Shown: positions 16,419 through 26,855 of the stretch, one piece after another
How positions within the stretch are numbered: position 1 is the stretch's first letter
How the letters are laid out: each line of letters opens with the position of its first letter
Translations under genes and position numbers: made by a program
Source: Psychrobacter sp. DM4
GTDB lineage: Bacteria; Pseudomonadota; Gammaproteobacteria; Pseudomonadales; Moraxellaceae
Reading direction: 5' to 3'
Assembly: GCF_051307035.1 (NCBI RefSeq)
Contig: NZ_CP195536.1
Location: 2,790,001-2,822,000 of the forward strand
DNA length: 32,000 nucleotides
The notes under the pieces: generated by a model
Database searches by the model: none
What the model saw: only the letters and a program-made list of their open reading frames with translations
What the model was told of the DNA's origin: nothing

Positions 16419-17300
16419 CTACACTTTTAGCTTGTCACCGACCATACCTTTAACAGTACTCAAGATATCAGCTGGTAGAACCACCATTTTTGCATTATCA
16501 GACTCAGCCAATTGACGGATGGACTTGATGTACTGCTCGCCTAGCAAGTAGACAATCGGCATCTCTTCGTCACCCATAGCGGCTGTAATGAGGCGGATAG
16601 ACTCCTCAGAACCTTTTGCCAGTACCACTTGCGCTTCAGCATCACGGCGTGAGGCTTCCAGACGTCCATCGGCCTCCAAGATAGCCGCTTGCTTTTGACC
16701 ATCGGCACGCGTCACGGTTGCACGGCGCAAACGTTCTGCGGCAGCCTGCTCTTCCATCGACGCTTGCATGGTTTGTGAAGGGTTGATGTCTTGAATCTCG
16801 ACCGTCTTTAGCGTGATACCCCAATCGGCGATATCTTCTGAGATAGCATTTTTGAGCAGTGCTTTGATCTCATCACGGCTAGATAACGCGTTATCCAAAT
16901 CCATCTCACCAATGATTGAGCGCAATGAGGTTTGTACCAAATTGCGAATACCATACTCGTAATCTTCGATACCATAAACGGCTTTGTCTGGGCGTACGAT
17001 GTTAATGTAAGCCACCGCATTGGCGATGATTACGACGTTATCACGAGTAATTACTTCTTGTGAGGGAATATCAAGTACGATGTCTTTGGTCGTGACTTTA
17101 TACGCTACTCTATCGATAAACGGGATAATCAATGTTAGACCAGGCTCGAGCGTCTGATTATATTTACCGAGACGCTGAACCACCCATTTATAGCCTTGCG
17201 GTACGATACGTACGCCTTTGAACACGGTAAAGATTATCAGGGCAATCAATACCACCATGACGATCCCGCCGCCACCTAGGATACCTATAATACTGTTCAT
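16419..17300 (-). CDS. qmcA: SPFH/band-7 (stomatin-like) membrane protein, QmcA/YbbK-like
   Basis: An N-terminal TM segment is followed by VRIVPQGYKWVVQRLGKYNQTLEPGL...LDIPSQEVITRDN, closely parallel to E. coli QmcA. An AAGGAGAG Shine-Dalgarno sequence is present. Confidence 0.85.
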   Translation of the reverse strand: MNSIIGILGGGGIVMVVLIALIIFTVFKGVRIVPQGYKWVVQRLGKYNQTLEPGLTLIIPFIDRVAYKVTTKDIVLDIPSQEVITRDNVVIIANAVAYINIVRPDKAVYGIEDYEYGIRNLVQTSLRSIIGEMDLDNALSSRDEIKALLKNAISEDIADWGITLKTVEIQDINPSQTMQASMEEQAAAERLRRATVTRADGQKQAAILEADGRLEASRRDAEAQVVLAKGSEESIRLITAAMGDEEMPIVYLLGEQYIKSIRQLAESDNAKMVVLPADILSTVKGMVGDKLKV

Positions 17301-17411
17301 ACTGCTCTCCTTGGACGCTTGCCATCAATGAGGCTGCAAAACGTCGTATTTATATCGTCTTTTTGCATTTCATATTTATACTTCAAGCCTTGTAATAAAA
17401 GGCGTTATCAC

Positions 17412-18032
17412 TCATTTATCGTTAAATTTCTTTCTTAAACGGGCTCGATCTAAATTTGGCTTGTTTAAATTTAATCTGCTGGTTTTGACTTTTTCTCTAA
17501 CAGCGTCTTTTGTTATAGGATTGGTAATATTGGGAGCAAGATGACCCTCAGTAGTAGGAGGTGCCAAACGCTGAGTAGGCGCTACTATCAGATCATTACC
17601 GCTAGTACCTGTCACCACAACTCTATCGCCAATCTCTACTACCGCATCTTCAGTACGACACGTCCATTCATCTGCGCCGAATATGGGGACATTGAAACGT
17701 ATCATGCCAACCGTATCTGCTTGCGGCTTAACAACGATCATGCCTGTTTCGCCGATGATAGTACTATTGCTCTGTCCAGCCTTTTTGCGGTCAATGGATA
17801 AAGGCTTGATGTATTTAATCCAGGCAAACATAAATAGCACTGATAAGCCTAACCAAACAAGGACTTGCACGACCAAAGGCACTGGCAATAACCAAGCAAG
17901 AGCCGCCACAATGATAGCCGCTGCACCGAACCAAAGGCTTGCAAAGGTTGGAATGAATATCTCAGCAATCATCAACAAGAAGCCTAGTACGAGCCAATGC
18001 CAAGGCTCAATCATCCAAATAGTCTCAATCAT
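17412..18032 (-). CDS. NfeD-family membrane protein (YbbJ-like partner of the SPFH protein)
   Basis: N-terminal TM helices plus a C-terminal OB-like segment (GMIRFNVPIFGADEWTCRT...GDRVVVTG). It sits in the classic upstream position relative to the stomatin-like gene. Confidence 0.8.
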   Translation of the reverse strand: MIETIWMIEPWHWLVLGFLLMIAEIFIPTFASLWFGAAAIIVAALAWLLPVPLVVQVLVWLGLSVLFMFAWIKYIKPLSIDRKKAGQSNSTIIGETGMIVVKPQADTVGMIRFNVPIFGADEWTCRTEDAVVEIGDRVVVTGTSGNDLIVAPTQRLAPPTTEGHLAPNITNPITKDAVREKVKTSRLNLNKPNLDRARLRKKFNDK

Positions 18033-18171
18033 TGCGGTATGCTCCTAGTCATTCCTATCCTTTAATGTAGCACACTTACGTTATCAACATTGTCTTAAAA
18101 ATCAATACCATACTATTAATTATAGTTTACAATGATTCAATGAAAAATATTGTTATATAGCAGTTATCCAT

Positions 18172-18200
18172 AAAAAAACGACCACCGGAGTGATCGTTTT
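18172..18200 (-). terminator. Intrinsic terminator after the OM protein gene
   Basis: On the minus strand: ACGATCAC-tccg-GTGGTCGT followed by TTTTTTT. Confidence 0.55.
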
Positions 18201-18225
18201 ATTAAGCTTAGTTATAGACTTTATC

Positions 18226-18768
18226 TTAGAACTTTACATGAGCACCTATAGTCAATAACGAGGCGTCAGAATCGCTATCCATCATGGCATATTCAGCTTC
18301 AACATTGAAATCAGGGCTTATAGCATAGCCAAGACCAATACCACCTGCAATACCAGTGTCATCAATAGAGTCGCTACCACCATTATTAAAATCAGCTTCT
18401 AACTCTGTTTTGGCAATACCAAGTTTACCTTTGGCATACAAAGCAGTATTTGGGAAAGCGTAACGGTAAGTACCATAAGCGCCATAGGTTTTAATGTCGT
18501 ATTCTCCATTAAAACTATTGTCTAAATCTGCATCATCTGATCCTACATACTCAACTTCCATACCAAAGTTTGGATCGAAGTTATAACCAGCATAGACACC
18601 ATAAGCCGTTGGATCATCGCCGTCAACATCGGTATCAAATTGACCAACTTTGACACCAACGTAGGGCTGACCGGTATAACCATTACCATAAGTAATAGCG
18701 GCTTGTGCGCTTACGCTCAATAGTGAACCAGCTGCTAATGCGAGTAGTGTTTTTTGTAGAGTTTTCAT
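18226..18768 (-). CDS. Small outer-membrane beta-barrel protein (OmpA-like/OmpX-type 8-strand family)
   Basis: Signal peptide MKTLQKTLLALAAGSLLSVSAQA, alternating aromatic/Gly beta-strand pattern and a C-terminal ...HVKF. ATG 18768 has AAGGAG upstream. Confidence 0.75.
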   Translation of the reverse strand: MKTLQKTLLALAAGSLLSVSAQAAITYGNGYTGQPYVGVKVGQFDTDVDGDDPTAYGVYAGYNFDPNFGMEVEYVGSDDADLDNSFNGEYDIKTYGAYGTYRYAFPNTALYAKGKLGIAKTELEADFNNGGSDSIDDTGIAGGIGLGYAISPDFNVEAEYAMMDSDSDASLLTIGAHVKF

Positions 18769-19026
18769 TGTGCTCTCCTTCAGTTGAAATTTGACAAACA
18801 AGTAATTTATTTATGTAGATCGTTATGATCTTATCGTCTTGTCTGCTAACGATGTATACATAGTAACAAATTATTTCAAGGCGTCTGTCAGTCGTTGATA
18901 GCAGGAGAGTTAAGATTTGCAATCATTTATCAGTGACGAAGTTACAAAGGTCGATATATGAAACCTTTTGTTACATTGCTAGAGTTTGCAATAAATTTAT
19001 GTCCTTGGATAAGTCTTCTCATGCAT

Positions 19027-19053
19027 AAAAAAACGCACTCCGAGGAATGCGTT
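19027..19053 (-). terminator. Probable intrinsic terminator after dnaK
   Basis: On the minus strand: AACGCATTCCTCGGAGTGCGTT followed by TTTTTTT. Confidence 0.5.
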
Positions 19054-19113
19054 TCTGATTAAGGGCTAAAGGCTAAAAGAGATACTGATACTTTAGCGAA
19101 TGACTAGTACTAA

Positions 19114-21054
19114 TTACTTCTTGTCATCGTTAACTTCAGTGAATTCAGCATCGACGACATCATCATCAGCTTGTGAGCTATCTGCTGATTCAGTCTCTTG
19201 GCCAAACTGACCTGGATCCATACCCTCGCCGCCTGCGCCGCTATCAGCATAAATCTTTTGGCTGACTGGTAAGAATGCATTGTCTAATGCTTCAAGCTTA
19301 GCTTTGATATCTTCGTGGTCATCTTCTTTGGTCGCCGTTTCTAGATCAGAGATAGCCGTTTCGACTGATGATTTTTCTTCATCAGTGACTTTATCTTCTG
19401 CGTCTTTTAGCGCTTTTTGTACCGCATGGATACGACCGTCCGCTTCGTTACGCACTTGCGCTAGATTTGCGAACTTCTCATCTTCTTCAGCGTTAGCTTC
19501 AGCGTCACGTACCATTTGCTCGACTTCTTCATCCGACAAACCAGAGTCTGCTTTGATCTGGATGCTTTGCGCTTTGCCTGTACCTTTATCAGTTGCTGAG
19601 ATGTTCATGATACCGTCAGCATTGATGTCAAAGGTGACCTCGATTTGCGGCAGACCGCGCGGCGCTGGTGGAATATCCGTCAAATCAAAACGACCAAGCT
19701 GTTTGTTTTGATTGGCGATTTTACGCTCACCTTGATACACCTGAATCGTGACCGCTGGCTGGTTGTCTTCAGCAGTTGAGAATACTTGTGATTTCTTGGT
19801 CGGAATCATGGTGTTCTTTTCGATAACTGGTGTCATTACGCCGCCCATCGTTTCGATACCGAGGGTTAACGGCGTAACATCGAGCAATAGGACGTCAGTT
19901 TTGTCGCCAGATAAGACCGCACCTTGAATCGCTGCACCTGCGGCAACAGCTTCATCAGGGTTAACGTCTTTACGCGGCTCTTGACCAAAAAAGTCTTGAA
20001 CGTGTTGTTGTACCAGTGGCATACGTGTCTGACCACCAACTAAGATAACGTCGTCGATATCAGTTAGCTTGATGCCTGCATCTTCTAGAGCTATCTTACA
20101 AGGACCCATGGTGCGCTTGACGAGTTCTTCAGTTAGGCTCTCAAGTTTTGAGCGGCTGATCGTGATGACCAAATGCTTAGGACCGTTGCTGTCTGCGGTG
20201 ATATACGGCAAGTTGACTTCAGTACTTTGCGCACTTGAAAGTTCAATCTTCGCTTTTTCAGCAGCCTCTTTAAGACGCTGCATAGCAAGAGAGTCGCCTT
20301 TTAGGTTGACGCCTTGCTCTTTTTTGAACTCGTCAACGAGATAGTCAATAAGCGCTGAGTCAAAGTCTTCACCGCCGAGGAACGTATCACCGTTAGTGGC
20401 GAGTACTTCAAATTGCTGCTCACCATCGACATCAGCGATTTCAATGATTGAGACATCAAACGTACCACCGCCTAAGTCATATACGGCAACCGTGCTATCG
20501 CCTTGCTTTTTGTCCATGCCATAAGCGAGGGCTGCAGCAGTTGGCTCATTAATGATACGCTTAACATCAAGACCGGCGATTTTACCCGCATCTTTGGTCG
20601 CTTGACGCTGCGAGTCATTGAAGTAAGCAGGAACAGTGATGACCGCTTCTGAGACGCTCTCACCAAGATAGTCTTCTGCTGTTTTTTTCATCTTTTTCAA
20701 GATTTCGGCTGAAACTTGTGGTGGTGCTAATTTTTTGCCGTTGATTTCGACCCAAGCATCGCCATTGTCCGCTTTTGCGATCTTGTACGGAACCATGCCG
20801 ATGTCTTTTTGTACGACTTTGTCATCGAAGCGGCGACCGATCAGACGCTTGATAGCAAACAAAGTGTTCTTTGGATTGGTAACTGCTTGGCGCTTAGCTG
20901 ATTGACCAACGAGCGTTTCGTCATCTTTGTAAGCGACGATTGAAGGTGTGGTACGCGTACCTTCAGCATTCTCGATAATTTTAACGCTATCGCCTTCCAT
21001 TACCGCCACACATGAGTTGGTGGTTCCTAAGTCAATACCGATTACTTTACCCAT
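19114..21054 (-). CDS. dnaK: Hsp70 chaperone DnaK
   Basis: [18 protein letters not shown]..., DLGGGTFD and full-length Hsp70 collinearity. Confidence 0.98.
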   Translation of the reverse strand: MGKVIGIDLGTTNSCVAVMEGDSVKIIENAEGTRTTPSIVAYKDDETLVGQSAKRQAVTNPKNTLFAIKRLIGRRFDDKVVQKDIGMVPYKIAKADNGDAWVEINGKKLAPPQVSAEILKKMKKTAEDYLGESVSEAVITVPAYFNDSQRQATKDAGKIAGLDVKRIINEPTAAALAYGMDKKQGDSTVAVYDLGGGTFDVSIIEIADVDGEQQFEVLATNGDTFLGGEDFDSALIDYLVDEFKKEQGVNLKGDSLAMQRLKEAAEKAKIELSSAQSTEVNLPYITADSNGPKHLVITISRSKLESLTEELVKRTMGPCKIALEDAGIKLTDIDDVILVGGQTRMPLVQQHVQDFFGQEPRKDVNPDEAVAAGAAIQGAVLSGDKTDVLLLDVTPLTLGIETMGGVMTPVIEKNTMIPTKKSQVFSTAEDNQPAVTIQVYQGERKIANQNKQLGRFDLTDIPPAPRGLPQIEVTFDINADGIMNISATDKGTGKAQSIQIKADSGLSDEEVEQMVRDAEANAEEDEKFANLAQVRNEADGRIHAVQKALKDAEDKVTDEEKSSVETAISDLETATKEDDHEDIKAKLEALDNAFLPVSQKIYADSGAGGEGMDPGQFGQETESADSSQADDDVVDAEFTEVNDDKK

Positions 21055-21181
21055 AATTAAATACTCCTAATTTTTTGATTATTGTGTTGAGTGCTAGCCT
21101 TACTATATCGCTTATGATTTTAGAATCTATAACCGAGAAGTAAGGCTGACATATCAGACCTTAGTAGGTCACTTGTTGCTT

Positions 21182-21211
21182 TATATCGGTTTACGCACGC
21201 ATTTTTTCAAG
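21182..21211 (-). promoter_or_regulatory. Possible sigma-32-type promoter for dnaK
   Basis: On the minus strand: CTTGAAA-N15-CCGATATA, versus the consensus CTTGAAA-N13-15-CCCCATNT. Confidence 0.35.
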
Positions 21212-21295
21212 TCAATGCCTACGTAATCCTTAGTTTTTATGTGAATTTTTGTGAATATCCCTGATATAAACAAGGATTATATCATCGACTAATTA

Positions 21296-21895
21296 TTATT
21301 GACCGACGCGAACCATAGCAGGACGCAATAAACGACCGTTTAGACTATAGCCTTTTTGCAGTACAGTCCCTACCGTATCTGCCTCAGCTTCAGCGTCTAT
21401 ACCGACTGCTTCATGAAAATCAGCATTGAATTTTTCGCCCATAGGATTGACAACTTCGACACCGTTTTTGCTCAGTACTGCAACGAGGGCTTTATGCGTT
21501 AATTGAACGCCTTCAGCCACAGGATCATCCGCATTAGCACTTTCGATGGCGCGCTCTAAATTGTCGACAATCTCAAGTAATTCTCTCGCAAATTTCTGTA
21601 GAGCGAATTTTTTACTTTTATCCGCTTCTTGTTCTATACGTTTTTGGGCGTTGTAGGTTTCAGCATTGGCGCGGGCAGTGCCTTCGCGAGCTTGCTTCAC
21701 CTCGCCTTCTAATTCTTTGATACGCGCTTCAAAGACACTTAAGTCGATATCGCTCTCTATAGTTTCATTATGACCTGAATTATTGGCAGGATCGAATTCA
21801 TCCATAGTTTCAGCGAGCACGCTCTCATTGCCCTCGATATTGTCGTGCGCCGTTTGCTCATTGCTGTTATTTTGATTGGGGTTGTTCTCGCTCAT
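21296..21895 (-). CDS. grpE: Nucleotide exchange factor GrpE
   Basis: An acidic N-terminus, a coiled coil and the C-terminal ...GYSLNGRLLRPAMVRVG signature, located upstream of dnaK. Confidence 0.93.
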   Translation of the reverse strand: MSENNPNQNNSNEQTAHDNIEGNESVLAETMDEFDPANNSGHNETIESDIDLSVFEARIKELEGEVKQAREGTARANAETYNAQKRIEQEADKSKKFALQKFARELLEIVDNLERAIESANADDPVAEGVQLTHKALVAVLSKNGVEVVNPMGEKFNADFHEAVGIDAEAEADTVGTVLQKGYSLNGRLLRPAMVRVGQ

Positions 21896-22041
21896 GATAA
21901 CTCCTTATGATTGCGATAAATAATTTAAGACCTATTAGCCACTCATCCTTCTGTGCTTGTACTCGTTTGCAACTGATAGGTTTTTTAAGTGGTTTGACTG
22001 TTACTATTTGCTCTTTTATAGAGCTATCTCAATAGCTGATT

Positions 22042-22069
22042 GATAAAGGCTATAGGTGCTAATTTCAAG
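22042..22069 (-). promoter_or_regulatory. Sigma-32-type heat-shock promoter for grpE
   Basis: On the minus strand: CTTGAAA (22063-22069) - 13 nt - CCTTTATC (22042-22049). Confidence 0.5.
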
Positions 22070-22395
22070 CCTTTATCTTGGATAATTTTTTGGTGCTACC
22101 ACTAGTCTCAATACTAGGCCCAACCCAAAAACATTGTAAGGCTTCTAGAGTATCAGCAGCATATCCATATTCTAAGTACTGCTATCAAGTTAAGTGTAAA
22201 AATACACTTACAAAAGGCACAAGAAGTACCAGTTATTCCAAATACTTTACTTTCCGTATATAAACCATTACCAAACAGCACTCAACTTGTTTAATAGCTG
22301 CTTTATCATTCTCTCAAATAATCATCATCTATATAACACCTTAGAGTAAACGTTGGCTTTTGTGCTGACTATGCATTAAATAAGAGAGTAAGACT

Positions 22396-23817
22396 ATGAG
22401 AAATGTTATGCCAAACTCACCAATAACATCGCTCAATACTTGGATAAATAAAGCAGCGATAACCTCAAATAAAGACAACACTCAAACTGATATAGCGCTT
22501 TTAGAGCGGATAAAGAGCTACCACAATAATGAAAGCCCTACTAATGGCACTTATCGACTTGTCAGCGAAAAGCTCGCTAGTTACTTGCCAACCAACGATT
22601 TTCAGCGTCATGCCCTTCATTATGTCTTAAAGGGTATCAGCTATTTGCCAGATCCATTACTAGAGAACGTAGTGACGCGTTTGAAGGGTCCGACATCCAA
22701 ACAATATTTACATGCCGATGCGCATATGCGTCTGATCATTGCTGCAAACAGCAAACTGAAGACGCCGCTACATATCGATAAAATGCTAGAGCTACGTCAA
22801 AGATTCGCAGCTGATTCCGTTGCTATGCAAGCCCCAAAAGTATGGCAGCAAGAAGGCGTAGGTCAGCGCAGTAATCTTAAGCGCTTTATGAAAAAAGGGG
22901 CCAAGTCGGTAAATTGGCAAGACAAAACGATTGCTAATGCTGATGCGGGCGACATGAGGGTGCGCTGCTATCAGGCAAAGAATAACGATAAGGCCAACTC
23001 TAGCGCCAATCCTGATGAAACCGTGATGCTGTTTTTTCATGGTGGTGGATTCTGTATAGGCGACGTCGACACGCACCATGAGTTCTGCCATGCCGTATGT
23101 GAGCAAACAGGCTGGGCTGTCGTTAGCGTTGACTATCGGTTAGCGCCTGAGCATCCAGCACCAGTAGCACTCAGAGACTGTATCGCCGCTTACGCGTGGC
23201 TGGCTGAAAACTCTCATACTTTAGGCGCGTCTGCCAAGCGTATCGTATTAGCGGGTGATAGTGCAGGCGGCGGTATATCAACGCTGGTAGCGCAGCAAGT
23301 GATTACCCCGACTCAAAACGCATGGGCAGATTTGGGCGCTGAGGGTCAAAAGAGTTTTGCACAGCTTCAAAACCTGCCAGCACCGCTTGCGCAAATGCCA
23401 CTATATCCTGTGACGGATGTCGAAAATGACTATCCTAGCTGGGAGCTGTACGGTGAAGGCTTGTTATTAGATCATGCTGATGTGGCGGTGTTTGACGCGG
23501 CATGCCTTGCTAATAGTCCGCTATCGCGCGATCATCTACTGATATCACCGATGCTAGGCGATAACCATCAGGTGTGTCCGACTTACGTGGTTGCATCCGA
23601 GCTCGATGTATTGCGTGACGAGGCTTTTGCTTATGCTAAGCAGTTAGAAGGTTTTGGTATCGCGACCCAGACGTATACTGTGCTCGGCGCGCCGCATGGC
23701 TTTATCCATTTGATGAGTGTTCATCAAGGCATTGCTAAAGAGACGCACAATATCATCAAGGGCTTCGCCGAATTTGTGAATGAAATTATAAAAGCTCAGG
23801 CCAGACTAGCGGCTTAA
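22396..23817 (+). CDS. Alpha/beta-hydrolase, HSL-family (family IV) esterase/lipase with an N-terminal extension
   Basis: HGGGF oxyanion motif, GDSAGG nucleophile elbow, DVLRDE and HGF. Confidence 0.8.
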   Translation: MRNVMPNSPITSLNTWINKAAITSNKDNTQTDIALLERIKSYHNNESPTNGTYRLVSEKLASYLPTNDFQRHALHYVLKGISYLPDPLLENVVTRLKGPTSKQYLHADAHMRLIIAANSKLKTPLHIDKMLELRQRFAADSVAMQAPKVWQQEGVGQRSNLKRFMKKGAKSVNWQDKTIANADAGDMRVRCYQAKNNDKANSSANPDETVMLFFHGGGFCIGDVDTHHEFCHAVCEQTGWAVVSVDYRLAPEHPAPVALRDCIAAYAWLAENSHTLGASAKRIVLAGDSAGGGISTLVAQQVITPTQNAWADLGAEGQKSFAQLQNLPAPLAQMPLYPVTDVENDYPSWELYGEGLLLDHADVAVFDAACLANSPLSRDHLLISPMLGDNHQVCPTYVVASELDVLRDEAFAYAKQLEGFGIATQTYTVLGAPHGFIHLMSVHQGIAKETHNIIKGFAEFVNEIIKAQARLAA

Positions 23818-23882
23818 AGATTGAGTATCTGTATAAATTTCTTATCACGTAATCCGCTTTACCTTTTAATCGGTTCTACCTC

Positions 23883-25016
23883 CTAGTGCGTGTTGCCTTT
23901 TAAAGTAATGAGCCAAATCTCAGCACGCGATCCCAATCGAAACGGGATACCCCAAAAGCCATAACCTGAGGACACTACAAAGTGACCTTGGTTTATGGCT
24001 TCGTAGCCATAGCCTATTCTATTAATAGCCTTGACGATGAAGTTTGCCGGAAATACTTGTCCATTATGGGTATGCCCTGAGACCTGCAAGTCTATCGGTA
24101 GCTGACTGTGCTCCTCGATATCGCTCGGTCTATGGTCAAGTAGAACAACAGGCTCTGTCGTATCCACTTTCGCTAACAGTTCAGTGGTAGCGACGCGCTG
24201 ACTCTTATGATTATCAAAACGTCCGACTAACCACAGCGGATCACCTTTGTGCTTAATCCTTAGCACCTCATCATTTAATAGTTGTACACCGGCGCGGCGT
24301 AGCGCGGCGCTAATAGGCTGCTCATGACCATACAAATCGTGATTGCCTAAAGTGGCATAAACGCCGTAAGGCACACTCGCGCATAGTTCAGCTAGATTTT
24401 TGGACATATTATAGGCATTAAACGCCTGCGTATTATCATCCATAATATCGCCTGGCATCAGCAAAATATCTGCTCGATTATCAATGAGGAGCTGATGCAA
24501 CTTATCAATCGCTCTATTACCAAACAGGCGTCCAATATGTAGATCACTGGCCAGTGCCAAGCGCAAGGGATGAGATAACGGCTTATCAATCTCAAGGCTC
24601 AGCTTACGCACGACAGGCACGTAAGCGCTATAAAGCGCATAGACGAATAACCCTATGAATGTAATTAGCGCAAATACTCGAAGGCCAAAATCTAGCTTGG
24701 CTGATTGAATTGGCGCTATGCTAGTAAATGAAGCCAGCAGCCAGTACCCGCCATACAAAATACTGATTGTTAGCGCAGTCAATATCACAAAATGCATGAT
24801 AAGCATCCACATACTCACCCAGCGATAGCTATTGGCAAAGGCTCTTTTGACGCTTAATACTAGCAGTCCATTAGTAACAGCAAATACTATGATCCATACC
24901 GCTACTTGTAATGCCGAGGTACTCCAAGGCGCAAACCACCACTGCAAGCTGAGCGCAGCACCCGTACTAAAGAGCTGTAGGAGCATAAACACAGTGATAA
25001 AAAACGTATAGCGCAT
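23883..25016 (-). CDS. Membrane-anchored metallophosphoesterase (YkuE/COG1408-like)
   Basis: An N-terminal multi-TM region followed by DLHIG, GDIMDD, GNHD and GHTHNGQ. Confidence 0.8.
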   Translation of the reverse strand: MRYTFFITVFMLLQLFSTGAALSLQWWFAPWSTSALQVAVWIIVFAVTNGLLVLSVKRAFANSYRWVSMWMLIMHFVILTALTISILYGGYWLLASFTSIAPIQSAKLDFGLRVFALITFIGLFVYALYSAYVPVVRKLSLEIDKPLSHPLRLALASDLHIGRLFGNRAIDKLHQLLIDNRADILLMPGDIMDDNTQAFNAYNMSKNLAELCASVPYGVYATLGNHDLYGHEQPISAALRRAGVQLLNDEVLRIKHKGDPLWLVGRFDNHKSQRVATTELLAKVDTTEPVVLLDHRPSDIEEHSQLPIDLQVSGHTHNGQVFPANFIVKAINRIGYGYEAINQGHFVVSSGYGFWGIPFRLGSRAEIWLITLKGNTH

Positions 25017-25125
25017 AAGGTACCCTAGAGCTGAATAGACTACAGATATGAGAACAGCTCAAACCAAAATCAATAAAAAAGCCGCTTAATAGTAGAGGCT
25101 GTTAAGTCATTATTAGGAGTTTGGC

Positions 25126-26199
25126 TTAGGACGTTGATTGTAACCTAATCATCCAAATCTCAGAGCGCGTACCGAATCTAAACGGCACAGGGCCGAACCC
25201 ATAACCTGAGGTCACCAAAAACTGCGTATTCCCTAGCTTTTTTGCGCCATAATTGAGCGGTTCAAACCAGTTTTTTAGCATCGTTAACGGGAATATTTGC
25301 CCGCCATGCGTATGACCAGATAAATGCAAATCTACTGGCAGCACGCTGATCTCCTCCATCATTGAAGGGCGATGCTCCAAAAAGACTACAGGCTTGTCAG
25401 TATCGACTTGCTTGAGTAGCGTGTCCGCTGCTAACCTCGTCAAATCGACATCGTCTGAGCGCCCAACCAGCCACACCGCATCATTTAACAATACACTTTC
25501 ACTATCGAGCGCTGTAATGCCAGCCGCCTCCACAGCTTGAGTAATCTCTGCATCATAGCCTCGGTAGTCATGATTGCCAAGCGTAGCATAGACGCCAAGC
25601 GGCGCTTTTAGCTGAGACAACTGCTCATGCATGTTGGTATTGTCATAAGCGATGGTCGTGTCATTCATAATGTCACCAGCGATGACGACCACATCAGGGC
25701 TTTGCTCATCAATTAAGTTAACCATCTTTTTTATTTGCCGATTACCAAACCACCTACCCAAATGCGTATCAGAGATAAGCGCGATATCCACAGGTTTATC
25801 TAAAGGCTTGTCAGTTGTGACCGTCATATAGCGAAGCGCTGGCGAATAAGCGTTAAATACTGCGAGCATTACTATGCTGGCAAAAGTGCCGATAGCAAAT
25901 AAACGCGTCTGCTTGGGATGTGGATTTTGTTTCAATACTTTGGCTAATATAAGCCTCGCTAGCGCTGTTATTACAATCGCATAGAACATAAACCCTTGCA
26001 AGATGGCGACAACCAAATAGACATGAAAACGCTCGTACCAAAATTCGGTAAAACCATAAATGAGCGCCACATTATTAAACAGCAAAACAGCTATGATAAG
26101 CACAATCTTACTAGCAGCGCGCTTCGGTTTGATCATCCATAAAAGAATCATGATGGTTATGAGTGTAAGTAGCTGCGTAAAAATGATAAAAAACCACAT
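25126..26199 (-). CDS. Membrane-anchored metallophosphoesterase, a tandem paralogue of 23883-25016
   Basis: DTHLG, GDIMND, GNHD and GHTHGGQ, with the same architecture as its neighbour. Confidence 0.8.
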   Translation of the reverse strand: MWFFIIFTQLLTLITIMILLWMIKPKRAASKIVLIIAVLLFNNVALIYGFTEFWYERFHVYLVVAILQGFMFYAIVITALARLILAKVLKQNPHPKQTRLFAIGTFASIVMLAVFNAYSPALRYMTVTTDKPLDKPVDIALISDTHLGRWFGNRQIKKMVNLIDEQSPDVVVIAGDIMNDTTIAYDNTNMHEQLSQLKAPLGVYATLGNHDYRGYDAEITQAVEAAGITALDSESVLLNDAVWLVGRSDDVDLTRLAADTLLKQVDTDKPVVFLEHRPSMMEEISVLPVDLHLSGHTHGGQIFPLTMLKNWFEPLNYGAKKLGNTQFLVTSGYGFGPVPFRFGTRSEIWMIRLQSTS

Positions 26200-26299
26200 A
26201 ACCCTATCTAACTATGTAAATATAAAGCCAGCTTACTGTACAGCGCCCTAAAGCTAAATAGCGCTAGTAAGTTTTCACTCAAACTTCATAGAAAATCCT

Positions 26300-26758
26300 C
26301 TAACGCTTATCAGGAGCGATTTTGCAAACGCCGTTAGTACAGGCTTGAGTCACTGCTTTACCATAAATGAGTGTGATTATCCAGTTTGGAATACGGTAGC
26401 GGTTGCGCGCGACAGTAGGATAGATGAAGTCGCCAAATGGTTTGATGATAGGTAGATATAATACCGACGCCCATTTAACCCCGCCCATTTTGTATAGCAG
26501 TCTGACGGCATCCATATGTGTGTACCACTCGCCTTGATCGGTCTTAACACATAAATAGGTCATGGCATCGACGCGGCTAAACCCTGCCTCTTGTAACTCG
26601 TCTATGCCGTGCTCTACTGGCATCAGCTTAATAGCCTTTGGTCTACGAGTTTGCATACCGTGCGCCTCAGTACTACAGAGCACGCAACTATCATCGTAGT
26701 ACATGGTAATAGCTGCAACCTCTGAGATTGAGTGGTTCTCTTTGCTTGAAATGATCAT
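26300..26758 (-). CDS. DCC-family thiol-disulfide oxidoreductase (DUF393)
   Basis: YYDDSCVLCS matches the YDGxCxLC motif near the N-terminus. Size is about 150 aa. Confidence 0.65.
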   Translation of the reverse strand: MIISSKENHSISEVAAITMYYDDSCVLCSTEAHGMQTRRPKAIKLMPVEHGIDELQEAGFSRVDAMTYLCVKTDQGEWYTHMDAVRLLYKMGGVKWASVLYLPIIKPFGDFIYPTVARNRYRIPNWIITLIYGKAVTQACTNGVCKIAPDKR

Positions 26759-26855
26759 GTGATAACTCCTTAAGATCTGGTATTAATCGTCAATATTTCT
26801 ATAGTATCGCTTACAGCCTAGTATCACTTTGTGTATCTTTATGACTTTTCGTCGT

